Positions 19,973-29,901 of a stretch of 64,000 bases of DNA are shown here, in pieces. Source of the stretch: Candidatus Parcubacteria bacterium (GTDB lineage Bacteria > Patescibacteriota > Patescibacteriia > Patescibacteriales > UBA12465); assembly GCA_037076615.1 (NCBI GenBank), contig AP029158.1, forward strand, positions 463,717 through 527,716. Reading direction: 5' to 3'. Position numbers and translations under genes: made by a program. The notes below the pieces were generated by a model that searched no databases, was not told the DNA's origin, and saw only the letters and a program-made list of their open reading frames with translations. How positions within the stretch are numbered: the first letter of the stretch is position 1; each line of letters starts with the position of its first letter.

Positions 19973-21115
19973 CTATTTTTTGGGAATTATTTTTTCGTAA
20001 ACAGCGAGCATCTTTTTGGCCATTTTTGCCGCTTCAAAATTAGTGGCTGTTTGACGGGCCGCTTGCGACATTTTTTTTCGTAAATCGGGATTATCAATCA
20101 AGGTTTGTACCGCCTTTTGCGCTTCCGCGAGATTATTAACAATAAAGCCGTTTTCGCCGGACTTAATTATTTCCGGGACAACACCCACCGGATAGGCCAC
20201 CGGAATCAAGCCTTGCGATATCGCTTCTATTAAGCTCAGAGAGAAACCTTCATAACGCGAAGTCAAGAAGAAAATATCACCGGCACAGCTGGCTAAATAA
20301 TCAGGAATTTCATTTTTCAAAATATTCGAAAGTACTTGATGATTAAGAATAGTGTTTTGCAACCAACTAATCAGTTTTTTACTCCTCGTCATAATGATAG
20401 AAGTTTTGGGCAAATCAGGAAAAAGACGATAGAGGTTAACTAAACGGTCAATCCCTTTTAATTTAAGGGTGAAAACATCTTCACCAATACGCCCCAAGAA
20501 AACTATTTTTGGCTTCTGACTGACCGGTTGCGGCGTCTTCGCAAACCAATAATCTTCAATGGCATTATGGATAACCACAATTTTATCAGCCGGAATTTCT
20601 TGCTTTAGTAAATCTTGGCGAACAATTTCCGAAGTGGCAATCACACAATCAGCACGCTCGGCAGCATACTTTTCAATGATAGCAATATCGTATTGTGGCC
20701 GTCGCGACTTTAAATTTAACTCACTGATAATACCACCGCGTTTTAGCTCATTAATAATCTTGCCGCCGCTATCCTCTAGAAATTTAGTTCTCGGGGTATC
20801 GCGCAAAAACCCATAAGTAGTGGAGCCAAAATGAGAGACAACCGGCCGATTAAAGCGCAAAAAAGCGAGGGGTGTGTAGGTCGTGCCTTGAATAATGTCC
20901 GCTTTTAAGATTTGATCGCGCGACTCCATTAGAGAATAAAAAAAGAGGATATTATTGGTCCCTTTTAAGGCAATCGGGGTGTCGCTAAGGGAAAATTTTG
21001 GATAAAAATCCTTAACTTTAGCGCCCTGGCGACGAAGTGAGGCCACAATTAAACTATTAATGTAGCCAGCGCCCGTTTTAACTTTTTTACTGCTGTGAAT
21101 ATAAGATATTTTCAT
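19973..21115 (-). CDS. Glycosyltransferase family 1
   Basis: TSRYEGFSLSLIEAISQGLIPVAYPVG motif. The track start at 21142 lies 5 nt from an upstream terminator hairpin, so I prefer the ATG at 21115 (MKISYIHSS...). Confidence 0.7.
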   Translation of the reverse strand: MKISYIHSSKKVKTGAGYINSLIVASLRRQGAKVKDFYPKFSLSDTPIALKGTNNILFFYSLMESRDQILKADIIQGTTYTPLAFLRFNRPVVSHFGSTTYGFLRDTPRTKFLEDSGGKIINELKRGGIISELNLKSRRPQYDIAIIEKYAAERADCVIATSEIVRQDLLKQEIPADKIVVIHNAIEDYWFAKTPQPVSQKPKIVFLGRIGEDVFTLKLKGIDRLVNLYRLFPDLPKTSIIMTRSKKLISWLQNTILNHQVLSNILKNEIPDYLASCAGDIFFLTSRYEGFSLSLIEAISQGLIPVAYPVGVVPEIIKSGENGFIVNNLAEAQKAVQTLIDNPDLRKKMSQAARQTATNFEAAKMAKKMLAVYEKIIPKK

Positions 21116-21146
21116 ATATATAATATAGCTAATTATCGCCAATAAT

Positions 21147-21172
21147 ACAAAAACCCGAAGCTTTTCGGGTTT
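21147..21172 (-). terminator. Intrinsic terminator after the secA-downstream small ORF
   Basis: AAACCCGAA-GCTT-TTCGGGTTT with a flanking T-run on the minus strand. Confidence 0.65.
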
Positions 21173-21218
21173 TCTAAATTTAATCTAAAAGAGTGGCGGC
21201 GGCAACTTTTTTATCCCT

Positions 21219-21461
21219 TTATTTATCCAAATAACCAACTATCCCATCTTCATTGATAGCATCTTTAATAACGGAGCGGTTAAATAAATAATGGTTTTGG
21301 TCTTGTAACTGAATTAGATCAATCTCTTCATCGCCGCGCTCAATTGTTACCACCGCTTGATCATCAACTAAATATTCGACCCCATTAATTTTAATCGCCA
21401 GGTTTTTGTCCGGCTTTAAAAATTTCTTGATGTTCATAGATTTAGTTATTCTACAGAACAC
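21219..21461 (-). CDS. Small hypothetical protein
   Basis: 80-aa ORF between secA and a terminator (alternative start MNIKKF at 21437). No recognisable domain. Confidence 0.35.
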   Translation of the reverse strand: MFCRITKSMNIKKFLKPDKNLAIKINGVEYLVDDQAVVTIERGDEEIDLIQLQDQNHYLFNRSVIKDAINEDGIVGYLDK

Positions 21462-21508
21462 TTTATAACTACCATGAACTACAGGGGTCTAAGCCGAGTG
21501 ACTCGATT

Positions 21509-24235
21509 TTAAGCGCCGTGACACTTCTTATATTTCTTGCCACTGCCACAAGGACAAGGGTCATTGCGGCCAATAACTTTTCCGGACTCATCTTTGACTT
21601 TTTCGCGCACGAGATCAATCGTTTCTCCCGGCTGATGATCGGCCGAAGTTTTAGCGGCGCCAGAAAACTGTAAGTTCTGCCGCTCATTCTGCTTTTGCAG
21701 ACTAGCCACTAACTGTGGTGCCACATCTAAGGCGTCGCCGGTTTTATAGATTGAGTAAACCACCTGACGACGAATTAAATCATTTAATTCACGATATAGG
21801 CGGTAAGCCTCTTTTTTATACTCAACTAAAGGATCACGTTGACCATAACCACGCAAACCGATTGAGCCGCGCAGATAATCCATGGTTTCTAGGTGCTCAA
21901 CCCACAACTGGTCAATAGAACGCAATAAAATTCCTTTCTCCACTTCAACAAAACTAATACCCACGCCCTCTAAAGAGGCTTCCAATTTTTCATATCTCTT
22001 GGCCGCTAAGTCTTGGAGCTCAGCTAAAAGTTCGGTGAGGGCTTGAGGACTGGTATTGTCTTTATAGGCTAATATTTTTTCCGTCTCGGCACTTTGTAAG
22101 GTAAAAATAGCGGTCACCGATTCGGTCACTTCCTTTAAATTCCAATCCTTAACATCACCGACACAATTAAAAGAAACAATGTTATTTAATTCTTCAATAA
22201 TAATTTCTTTAACAATGTCACCCATCTTTCTCTCACCATGGTCACCGACCTGCTCGGCAATTTCTAAAATTTCACGACGACGTTGATAGATGGCTTCGCG
22301 ATGTTTATTAATGACATCATCATATTCCACCAAGTGTTTACGGGTATCAAAGTTATTGCCCTCCACCCGCTTCTGCGCCGATTCCACCGACTTGGAGATC
22401 ATACTGCTCTCAATCGGTATATCCTCAGGCACTTTAAGCATCGTCATCGCATTTTTCATGCGATCGCCGCCAAAAACGCGCATCAAGTCATCTTCAGTAG
22501 AAACATAAAAACGAGAGGAGCCAGGATCGCCTTGACGACCGGCGCGGCCGCGTAATTGGTTATCAATGCGGCGTGATTCGTGGCGTTCAGTGCCAATAAC
22601 ATGCAAGCCGCCTAAGGCAATAACTTCTTCTTGTTCGGCCTGAGCTCGAGCCACATCTTCTGGGTCGTCACTATCGGGAGTGCCGCCTAAAATAATATCA
22701 ACACCACGACCAGCCATGTTAGTGGCCAGAGTAATCGCGCCTTTGCGACCGGCCTGAGCAATTGTTTCCGCTTCACGTTGGTGATTCTTGGCATTTAACA
22801 TTGCCGGGCGCAAACCTTCGCGCTCCATCATCTCAGTTAAAATTTCATTTTTTTCAATAGAAATTGTACCAATTAAAATTGGTTGCCCCTTGTCATTTCT
22901 TTCTTTAACATCACGAATAACCGCCTCATACTTCCCTTTTTCAGTACGGTAAATCAAATCGTTATAATCTTTTCTGATATTCGGCTTATTAGTCGGGATA
23001 ACAATTGTTTCCAATTTATAAATTTTATAAAACTCTTCCGCCTCCGTCACCGCGGTTCCAGTCATACCGGATAATTTTTTGTACATGCGGAATAGGTTTT
23101 GAAAAGTAATAGAGGCCATGGTTTGCGATTCTCTCTGGACCTTTACCCCTTCTTTAGCTTCCACCGCTTGATGCAAACCTTCGTTATAGCGACGACCGGG
23201 CATTAAGCGGCCGGTAAACTCATCGACAATAATAATTTCCCCCTCTTTAACAACATAATCCTTGTCGCGCTTTAAAAGTACATGTGCTTTTAGCGCCTGC
23301 TCAATATTATGGACATCTTTAATACCGCCACTCACATAAATATTGTCAACACCAAGCATTTTTTCCATCTTATTCATGCCATTCTCCGTCAAAGTAACGG
23401 CACGCTGCTTTTCATCCAAATTATAATCCTCATTTTCCTCTAAGCGCTGCACTAATTGGGCAAACTTAAAATAACGGTCGGTTGATTCCTCGGCCGGAGC
23501 ACTAATAATTAAAGGAGTTCTGGCCTCATCAATTAAAATGGAGTCAATTTCATCAACGATGGCATAATGTAAATCTCTTTGAACGGTTTGCGCCAAGTTG
23601 CCCACCATATTATCGCGCAAATAATCAAAACCAAATTCGTTATTGGTGCCATAAGTGATATCGCAATAATAGGCTTCTCGGCGCGAAATCGGCTTAAAGT
23701 GCTGCAACCGTTCATCGTATTGAGTATCGTCGTTATATTCAGGATCGTAGACAAAAGCAGCATCGTGAACAATCACGCTCGTGGATAACCCTAAGGCGTA
23801 AAAAACCGGCGCCATCCAACCAGCGCCAACCCGCGCCAAATAATCATTAACAGTAATTAAATGCACCCCTTTACCCTCTAAAGCATTTAAATACAAGGGC
23901 AAGGTGGCGACTAAAGTTTTTCCTTCACCGGTTTTCATTTCCGCAATCTGACCACGATGTAAAACAACGCCACCAATTAACTGAACATCATAATGGCGCT
24001 TGCCTAACAATCGTTTAGAAGTCTCTCTAACCACGGCAAAGGCTTCGGGTAGCAGGTCATCGAGAGTCTCGGAAGCAGCCAAACGCTCTTTAAAAGCGCC
24101 AGTTTTAGCTTTTAACTCATCAAGAGATAGCTTTTCTAAGTCTGTCTCCAAATCATTAATTTTAGCCACCAGCGGCTTAATTCCCCGAATAATTTTTTCA
24201 TTAGGATCGCCTAATATCTTGTCTAATAAACCCAT
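21509..24235 (-). CDS. secA: Preprotein translocase ATPase SecA
   Basis: 908 aa. MKTGEGKTLVATLP Walker A, DEVD-like VDEIDSILIDEARTPLIIS, C-terminal zinc motif CPCGSGKKYKKCHG. Confidence 0.95.
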   Translation of the reverse strand: MGLLDKILGDPNEKIIRGIKPLVAKINDLETDLEKLSLDELKAKTGAFKERLAASETLDDLLPEAFAVVRETSKRLLGKRHYDVQLIGGVVLHRGQIAEMKTGEGKTLVATLPLYLNALEGKGVHLITVNDYLARVGAGWMAPVFYALGLSTSVIVHDAAFVYDPEYNDDTQYDERLQHFKPISRREAYYCDITYGTNNEFGFDYLRDNMVGNLAQTVQRDLHYAIVDEIDSILIDEARTPLIISAPAEESTDRYFKFAQLVQRLEENEDYNLDEKQRAVTLTENGMNKMEKMLGVDNIYVSGGIKDVHNIEQALKAHVLLKRDKDYVVKEGEIIIVDEFTGRLMPGRRYNEGLHQAVEAKEGVKVQRESQTMASITFQNLFRMYKKLSGMTGTAVTEAEEFYKIYKLETIVIPTNKPNIRKDYNDLIYRTEKGKYEAVIRDVKERNDKGQPILIGTISIEKNEILTEMMEREGLRPAMLNAKNHQREAETIAQAGRKGAITLATNMAGRGVDIILGGTPDSDDPEDVARAQAEQEEVIALGGLHVIGTERHESRRIDNQLRGRAGRQGDPGSSRFYVSTEDDLMRVFGGDRMKNAMTMLKVPEDIPIESSMISKSVESAQKRVEGNNFDTRKHLVEYDDVINKHREAIYQRRREILEIAEQVGDHGERKMGDIVKEIIIEELNNIVSFNCVGDVKDWNLKEVTESVTAIFTLQSAETEKILAYKDNTSPQALTELLAELQDLAAKRYEKLEASLEGVGISFVEVEKGILLRSIDQLWVEHLETMDYLRGSIGLRGYGQRDPLVEYKKEAYRLYRELNDLIRRQVVYSIYKTGDALDVAPQLVASLQKQNERQNLQFSGAAKTSADHQPGETIDLVREKVKDESGKVIGRNDPCPCGSGKKYKKCHGA

Positions 24236-24297
24236 ATTTTTTATCTTATCGCAAAGAAATAGCCTAACTCAATTAAAGAGGGGCGTCAATTTATTTT

Positions 24298-24615
24298 TTA
24301 GCGGTTCTGGTCGCGCTTTTTCTCGCGGTACTCAACAATCACTTCAGACAAATGGTCCTTGACTTTATCAATAGCCTTATAGAGATCAGAAGCTTTTTTT
24401 TCTACGCGCAGCAAGGTTCCAGGAATAGATAGATTGACTTCCGTTTTAAAAATATCTCCTTTGGCCTGCTCACCACCAACCCTGGAAACTTCAACATCAC
24501 AGTTAATAACCGGCGTATCACCGAGAAATTTTTCCAACATATCCATTTTATCTTGAACATATTGAGAAATGGCGGGCGTGAGGGTAATTTTTGTAGCTAG
24601 TAAGTTAATTTTCAT
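24298..24615 (-). CDS. hpf: Ribosome hibernation factor, short HPF/RaiA type
   Basis: 105 aa. Family pattern MKINL....ITLTPAISQYVQDKM..LEKF and KAIDKVKDHL. Confidence 0.8.
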   Translation of the reverse strand: MKINLLATKITLTPAISQYVQDKMDMLEKFLGDTPVINCDVEVSRVGGEQAKGDIFKTEVNLSIPGTLLRVEKKASDLYKAIDKVKDHLSEVIVEYREKKRDQNR

Positions 24616-24635
24616 ATATTTAAATTAATTATTAG

Positions 24636-25742
24636 TTAATTAAAGAGCCGCAAGATGTCTTTGTAGGTGACAAAAATAATTAAGGCCATCAGCAGGAAGA
24701 AACCGGCATTATTAAGCCAAGCTTCTATCTCTTTTTTGAGCGGTTTACCGCGCAATTTTTCCACTATCAAGAGAAAAGCCCGTCCACCATCAAGGGCTGG
24801 GAAAGGGAAAAAATTGAGAACGGCCAAGTTTATGGATAAGAGCGCGGTAAAGTTCATGAGGTTAGTAATACCAAAACGAGCCACCTGACCAGTCATTTGC
24901 GCAATCATCACCGGACCGCCAACCGAATCGCCGACCGGAGTACCTACAAAGAGATCTCTGATTAATTTAAAGAAGGCGATAATAATCAACCATAACATTT
25001 CCAAAGCATACTTAAAACCTTCATAAATCGCTTTAAAAAAGGGATAACGAACCATTTCTACCTGATCTAAACCAACACCAATTAAAGCTTGCCCATCCTT
25101 GTCTTGAGGAGTCACGCTTAACCGCTGTTCTTGTCCAGAGCGATTAATAGTGACCAACAATTCTTGACCGGAAGACGCGCCAACAACCCCTTGAAAGGCA
25201 GCGACGTCGCTTAAAGCCTCGTTGTTCACCGCCTTTAAGGTGTCACCGGCCATGAAGCCAGCGACTGCGGCTGGCGAATCAGCCACGACTTCAACAACCC
25301 TTACTTCCCCGCCTTCGACAACCGATTGCAGCACGCCAATCATCATGCTGGCGCTAAAAAGAATTCCGGCAAATAAAATATTCATGGTGACGCCGGCCGC
25401 CAAAATAATGAAGCGTTGCCAGATTTTTTTACTGGCGAAACTATCAGTCTCGTCCGACTCGCCATTTTCGCCTTTAATCCGAACAAAGCCCCCTAAAGGC
25501 AACCAATTTAAAGAATAAACTGTTTTCTTAAAGACCGGCACCAAACATTCCAAATCGCGCGTCCCCCAAAAAAAATGCCATTTATTATCCACCCCCCGAT
25601 AAAAACCGAAAAGACGGGGCGGCATACCCAGACCGAATTCTTCGGCACCAACTTTAAAATAACGAGCGGCCCAAAAATGGCCGAGCTCATGGACCAGGAC
25701 TAAAGCGGATAAAACCGCTAAAAAAATTATAATGGTTAACAT
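24636..25742 (-). CDS. rseP: Site-2 (RIP) zinc metalloprotease RseP (peptidase M50) with PDZ domain
   Basis: 368 aa. HELGHFWAA, PDZ segment (SPAAVAGFMAGDTL), NFFPFPALDGG. Confidence 0.85.
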   Translation of the reverse strand: MLTIIIFLAVLSALVLVHELGHFWAARYFKVGAEEFGLGMPPRLFGFYRGVDNKWHFFWGTRDLECLVPVFKKTVYSLNWLPLGGFVRIKGENGESDETDSFASKKIWQRFIILAAGVTMNILFAGILFSASMMIGVLQSVVEGGEVRVVEVVADSPAAVAGFMAGDTLKAVNNEALSDVAAFQGVVGASSGQELLVTINRSGQEQRLSVTPQDKDGQALIGVGLDQVEMVRYPFFKAIYEGFKYALEMLWLIIIAFFKLIRDLFVGTPVGDSVGGPVMIAQMTGQVARFGITNLMNFTALLSINLAVLNFFPFPALDGGRAFLLIVEKLRGKPLKKEIEAWLNNAGFFLLMALIIFVTYKDILRLFN

Positions 25743-25751
25743 GCAGGTAAA

Positions 25752-26306
25752 TTAAATAGCCATAATATCCGCCTCTTTCTGATCGCGGATTTCTTTTAAG
25801 GCCTCGTTTTTCTTAGCGATTAAATCATCTAAATCTTTTTCTTGACGAAATTTATCGTCTTCAGTCAATTCTTTAGCGCTAAAAGCCTCATCAATCTTAG
25901 TTTTTACTTCTTCGCGAACCTGGCGCAGTGAAATCCGGGCTTTTTCTAAGCGATCATTTAATTTCTTTACTAAATCACGACGATTTTCTTCGGTTAGATT
26001 AGGAATAGTGAGACGAATTTTATCACCCTCATTCATGATCCCAAATCCCAAATCAGCCTCCATTAAAGCTTTTTCTACTGATTTAATTATTCCCTTATCC
26101 CAAGGGGTAACGAGGAAACTGCGCGGATCAGAAATAGAAAGATTGGCGACACCATTTAAAGGGGTCACAACGCCATAAGCTTCCACTTGGATGCCATCTA
26201 ACATCACTAAGTTTGCCCGCCCGGTACGAAGACTGGCGATGTCACGCTTAAAAAAGTCGATAACATTATTAAATTCGGCTTCTTTTTCTTGAACAAGATT
26301 AGTCAT
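25752..26306 (-). CDS. frr: Ribosome recycling factor
   Basis: 184 aa. LRTGRANLVMLDGIQVEAYG, IPNLTEENRRDLVK. Confidence 0.9.
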   Translation of the reverse strand: MTNLVQEKEAEFNNVIDFFKRDIASLRTGRANLVMLDGIQVEAYGVVTPLNGVANLSISDPRSFLVTPWDKGIIKSVEKALMEADLGFGIMNEGDKIRLTIPNLTEENRRDLVKKLNDRLEKARISLRQVREEVKTKIDEAFSAKELTEDDKFRQEKDLDDLIAKKNEALKEIRDQKEADIMAI

Positions 26307-26320
26307 ATATTTTTAATTAT

Positions 26321-27451
26321 TTATTTAAAGATTAGTCCGGTGCCCGGACCACTATTAACACCGAAGTAAATATTATTCGGATAACGATAATCAATTAAGA
26401 TTTGCGAGACGGCACGCTTGGTCGGCAACTTAATATTAGACCAAGTTACGCCGCCATCACCAGAGCGAGCAAAAGTCAGGCCGGTGCCGTAGTAGAGATT
26501 ATTGGAATTTTGGGGATCAATGGCCACCGCGGTTACTAAATCTTGATCTTCTGAAGGCAAAATAGTGAGCTTTTGCCAACTAATGCCGCGATCGGGAGAT
26601 TTGACGACAATATTCTTAGTGGCCAGCATAATTAAGTCATCACTGGCGCCGACAGCTAAAGACCGGAAAGAATTATCAACATCCAAGTCCGCTAAAACTT
26701 TTCTGAAATCAAGCCAGTTATTAACGGCAAAGTTAGTATTAACATCGCCAGAGCGGCGCGGATCAGTATCACTGTTAGTAATAAAGGAATAAAGGCCGGC
26801 CGAAACATCGGCGACAAAAATCTGGCGACTGTCACTTGGCAACAAAACAATTTCCGCTACCCCCCTATCTAGCCGGCGCAAGACGCGCCAAGAGGATCCA
26901 CTATCAATACTTTTTAGAATATCGCCATTAGACGTTCCTAAATACAGATTGTCCGGATTACGCGGATCAATGGCTAAGGCGTTAAAGACGGCTTCCCGGT
27001 CGGCGTCTAAGTAAAGCTGACTCCAAGTGCGAGTACAATCAGAAGAGCGCAATAATTGATTGCCAAAAATAGCAAAAACTTCACACTTGTCTTGGGGGTT
27101 AATGACCACGTCATTAACAGTCACATCTCCCGGGAAAGATTTTACTTTCTGCCAGCCCTCTGCAACATTGGGAGTAAAATAAAGGCCATTACCATAAGTC
27201 CCTAGATAAACCCGCAAATTATCACTGGGATCAATGGCTAAACTGCGCACATTGACATTAGCAATACTGCCAGGCTTATTGGTAATCGTCGGAATATAGG
27301 GTTGGTGGCTAAAACGAGCGCCACCATCCGTAGAAACAAAAACCGCCCCCAAATCGGCCAAATCTTGCTTGCCGCCTAAAGTACAAGCGGAAAGAAGTAA
27401 AGGAACAATCAGAAGGGTGAGCGCTAAGCGCCAAGATCGCGAGTAAATCAT
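26321..27451 (-). CDS. Lipoprotein with BNR/Asp-box repeats (beta-propeller, Ycf48/sialidase-like fold)
   Basis: 376 aa. Lipobox LLLSAC. Asp-box-like repeats STDGGARF, SSDCTRTW, SIDSGSSW, SPDRGISW, SGDGGVTW. Confidence 0.55.
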   Translation of the reverse strand: MIYSRSWRLALTLLIVPLLLSACTLGGKQDLADLGAVFVSTDGGARFSHQPYIPTITNKPGSIANVNVRSLAIDPSDNLRVYLGTYGNGLYFTPNVAEGWQKVKSFPGDVTVNDVVINPQDKCEVFAIFGNQLLRSSDCTRTWSQLYLDADREAVFNALAIDPRNPDNLYLGTSNGDILKSIDSGSSWRVLRRLDRGVAEIVLLPSDSRQIFVADVSAGLYSFITNSDTDPRRSGDVNTNFAVNNWLDFRKVLADLDVDNSFRSLAVGASDDLIMLATKNIVVKSPDRGISWQKLTILPSEDQDLVTAVAIDPQNSNNLYYGTGLTFARSGDGGVTWSNIKLPTKRAVSQILIDYRYPNNIYFGVNSGPGTGLIFK

Positions 27452-27453
27452 AT

Positions 27454-28437
27454 TTAAAGATTAAAAATAACTTGTTCTAATACTGTAGCAGGACTAACAT
27501 TTGCTGCCAAATATTTTTGGGCAGTGAGGAGCATGTCTGCTAGTTGATAATAATAAAACCAATCTTGCTCAGCCAGTTGTAAATTAACGGTGGCGAGCTC
27601 CTCTTTTAGGGCAGCGTATTGGATAAGTTCGGGCTGATTAAGACGCAAGAGCAGTAAATCGCGCCATACTCGCTGCCAAGAAGAAATTAAACTCTCCACC
27701 TGATCTCTATCTAGAGGGCCAATCTTTTTTAAGGTAGCACTGCGCTCAATTAAGGACTGAGAGAAAAAACCAAGAAAAGAACGGGCCGAATCTAACTGCG
27801 CTTCATAATATTCCGGTTCTTCCAGCAAACGGACCGCTTCTAAGGGGCGCCCGGCCGCTAGGGCCGCTAAGTTTTTCGCACTCGCCCGGTCAACCTTTTT
27901 CTCTTCTAAAAGATAATCATAAATAATTTCGTAAGGCACGGGAGTAAAATAAAGCACCTGGGCCCGAGAAACCAAAGTGGACGGTAAGGCGGTTAAGGAG
28001 TTTGTCAATAAAATAATCACCACTTTCTCCCGCGGTTCCTCCAAAGTTTTTAGTAAAGAATTGGCGCTGTTAGCATTTAAGGTTTCAGCCTCTTTAATAA
28101 TCCCGATTTTATAAGACCCTAAAAAAGAGCTTAAAGATAACATCTTAATAAAATCACGAGTGAGATCAACGGGAATATCTTTTTTCCCGGCGGGGCGCTC
28201 TAAAATATAAAGATCACTGTTAGCACCGGAGAGCGCTTCTTGTCCATCCGATAAAAGCAAATTATTAGCAAAAGCTTGAGCGAGAGTGCTTTTTCCTAAA
28301 CCATCAGGACCAACAAAAATATAAGTTTGCGCCAATTGTCCGGAACTTAAAGAATGATCAAGAAAATCAGCCACCTTGTTATTGCCTAAAGGGGGCCAAT
28401 CATAGCGTCTTTGATAGTGAAAATTAGAGTTTGCCAT
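27454..28437 (-). CDS. holB: DNA polymerase III delta-prime subunit
   Basis: 327 aa. AQTYIFVGPDGLGKST, NSLLKTLEEP, clamp-loader AAA+ layout. Confidence 0.75.
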   Translation of the reverse strand: MANSNFHYQRRYDWPPLGNNKVADFLDHSLSSGQLAQTYIFVGPDGLGKSTLAQAFANNLLLSDGQEALSGANSDLYILERPAGKKDIPVDLTRDFIKMLSLSSFLGSYKIGIIKEAETLNANSANSLLKTLEEPREKVVIILLTNSLTALPSTLVSRAQVLYFTPVPYEIIYDYLLEEKKVDRASAKNLAALAAGRPLEAVRLLEEPEYYEAQLDSARSFLGFFSQSLIERSATLKKIGPLDRDQVESLISSWQRVWRDLLLLRLNQPELIQYAALKEELATVNLQLAEQDWFYYYQLADMLLTAQKYLAANVSPATVLEQVIFNL

Positions 28438-28483
28438 GTCTTGATTATATCACAGCTGCGCGCAGTCGCGAAACGGGTTTCAA

Positions 28484-28512
28484 TTGATTTTAGCAGGGTC
28501 TCTTGCTATAGT
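28484..28512 (+). promoter_or_regulatory. Candidate promoter for the sugar-transferase gene
   Basis: TTGATT (28484-28489), 17 nt, TATAGT (28507-28512). This would leave only a very short leader before the ATG at 28527. Confidence 0.4.
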
Positions 28513-28526
28513 AAACTTATAAATAT

Positions 28527-29846
28527 ATGAGTAAACGTTTCAAACAAGTCTGCCTAATCTTAGGTGATTTGGGAGTGCTTTTTTTAGCACTCGCCGGCTC
28601 TTTGATGTTACGCTTCGGGCCAAATTGGCAAGCAATGTGGTTAGAGAATATTCCCTACTTTCGCCCTTTATTCCTGCTCTGGTTAGTAATTCTCTATATT
28701 AGCGGCGCCTATAAATTAAACTTGGTTTATAATTTTCGCCGCTTCTTACAAAACGCGGCCTCGGCCACTCTGGGAGCGGGGCTGATTTCTATTATTTATT
28801 TCTACTTAATTCAGTCGCCAGTCTCACCAAAAACTATTTTGGTAATTTTCTTAGGAGTTTTTCTCTTGCTTTTTTTCCTCTGGCGCTCACTGGCCAGCTT
28901 AGTAATTCGCTCATTTTTACCGGTCAACAATTTAGCCATTATCGGCAATGACTCCGTGAGCAGCGATCTTTTAGCCAACTTAGCTAAGCAACCGCATCAA
29001 GGTTTCAATACAGCTTTAGTTTTTAAGAATCTATCAGACGCTAAAGCGTTGCCTGCCCTAATTAAGGAACGAAATATCAATACCGTGATTGTCGCTCCAG
29101 AATTTGCTGATAATCCGGACTTGATTGGCTTACTGTTTAACTGCCTATCTTTGAGCATTAATGTTTACAATCTTAGTGATTTTTACGAATTGGTTTATGG
29201 TCGTGTGCCTCTAAGCTCCATTAACCAAGCCTGGTTTATTGATAATGTTAACCAAGGCAGTCGCCGCTATTTTGATTTAGCTAAACGAGTGATCGACTTA
29301 ATCGGGGCCGGCTTACTACTACTCACTACTCTTCCCTTTTTCCCTTTATTGGCACTACTGATAAAAATTGATAGCCGTGGCCCTGTTCTCTTTCGTCAGC
29401 AACGAGTGGGAAAAAATGAACACGTTTTTACCATGTTAAAGTTCAGGACGATGAAGGCCCAAGACAATGACGGCTCTATGACCGGCCCCCAAGATAAGCG
29501 CATTACTCGGATTGGCCGCTTCCTAAGAGAGAGTCGCCTCGATGAAATTCCCCAAATTATCAATATTTTCCGAGGTGAAATGAGTTTTATCGGCCCCCGA
29601 CCGGAAAGACCGGAATATGTTGCCGACTTAGCGCAAAAAATCCCTTTCTATAAAACTCGCCTGTTAATTAAACCGGGGATTAGCGGTTGGGATCAGGTTT
29701 CCGGTGTTTATCACTCCCCTTCTCTAGAAGACAGCCAAGCTAAGCTAGAGTATGACCTTTTTTATCTAAAGCACCGCTCTATCTATCTAGACTTAAGCAT
29801 TATCTTAAAAACGATTGCGACAATACTCAGCCGGGGCGGCCGTTAA
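28527..29846 (+). CDS. Polyprenyl-phosphate glycosyl-1-phosphate transferase (WbaP/bacterial sugar transferase family)
   Basis: 439 aa. N-terminal TM block. C-terminal catalytic domain KRVIDLIGA...RVGKNEHVFTMLKFRTM...DEIPQIINIFRGEMSFIGPRP. Confidence 0.8.
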   Translation: MSKRFKQVCLILGDLGVLFLALAGSLMLRFGPNWQAMWLENIPYFRPLFLLWLVILYISGAYKLNLVYNFRRFLQNAASATLGAGLISIIYFYLIQSPVSPKTILVIFLGVFLLLFFLWRSLASLVIRSFLPVNNLAIIGNDSVSSDLLANLAKQPHQGFNTALVFKNLSDAKALPALIKERNINTVIVAPEFADNPDLIGLLFNCLSLSINVYNLSDFYELVYGRVPLSSINQAWFIDNVNQGSRRYFDLAKRVIDLIGAGLLLLTTLPFFPLLALLIKIDSRGPVLFRQQRVGKNEHVFTMLKFRTMKAQDNDGSMTGPQDKRITRIGRFLRESRLDEIPQIINIFRGEMSFIGPRPERPEYVADLAQKIPFYKTRLLIKPGISGWDQVSGVYHSPSLEDSQAKLEYDLFYLKHRSIYLDLSIILKTIATILSRGGR

Positions 29847-29861
29847 TTTAGATTAGACTTT

Positions 29862-29891
29862 AAAAAAGCGATCACCATGATCGCTTTTTTT
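29862..29891. terminator. Bidirectional terminator between the convergent sugar-transferase and flippase genes
   Basis: AAAAAA-GCGATCA-CCA-TGATCGC-TTTTTTT. Confidence 0.7.
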
Positions 29892-29901
29892 GTTGGTTTT
29901 T

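Noticed and set aside
21469-21687. 72-aa ORF overlapping the 3' end of secA
   Set aside because: It lies on the same strand in a different frame, entirely within or abutting the conserved SecA C-terminus. It is spurious.
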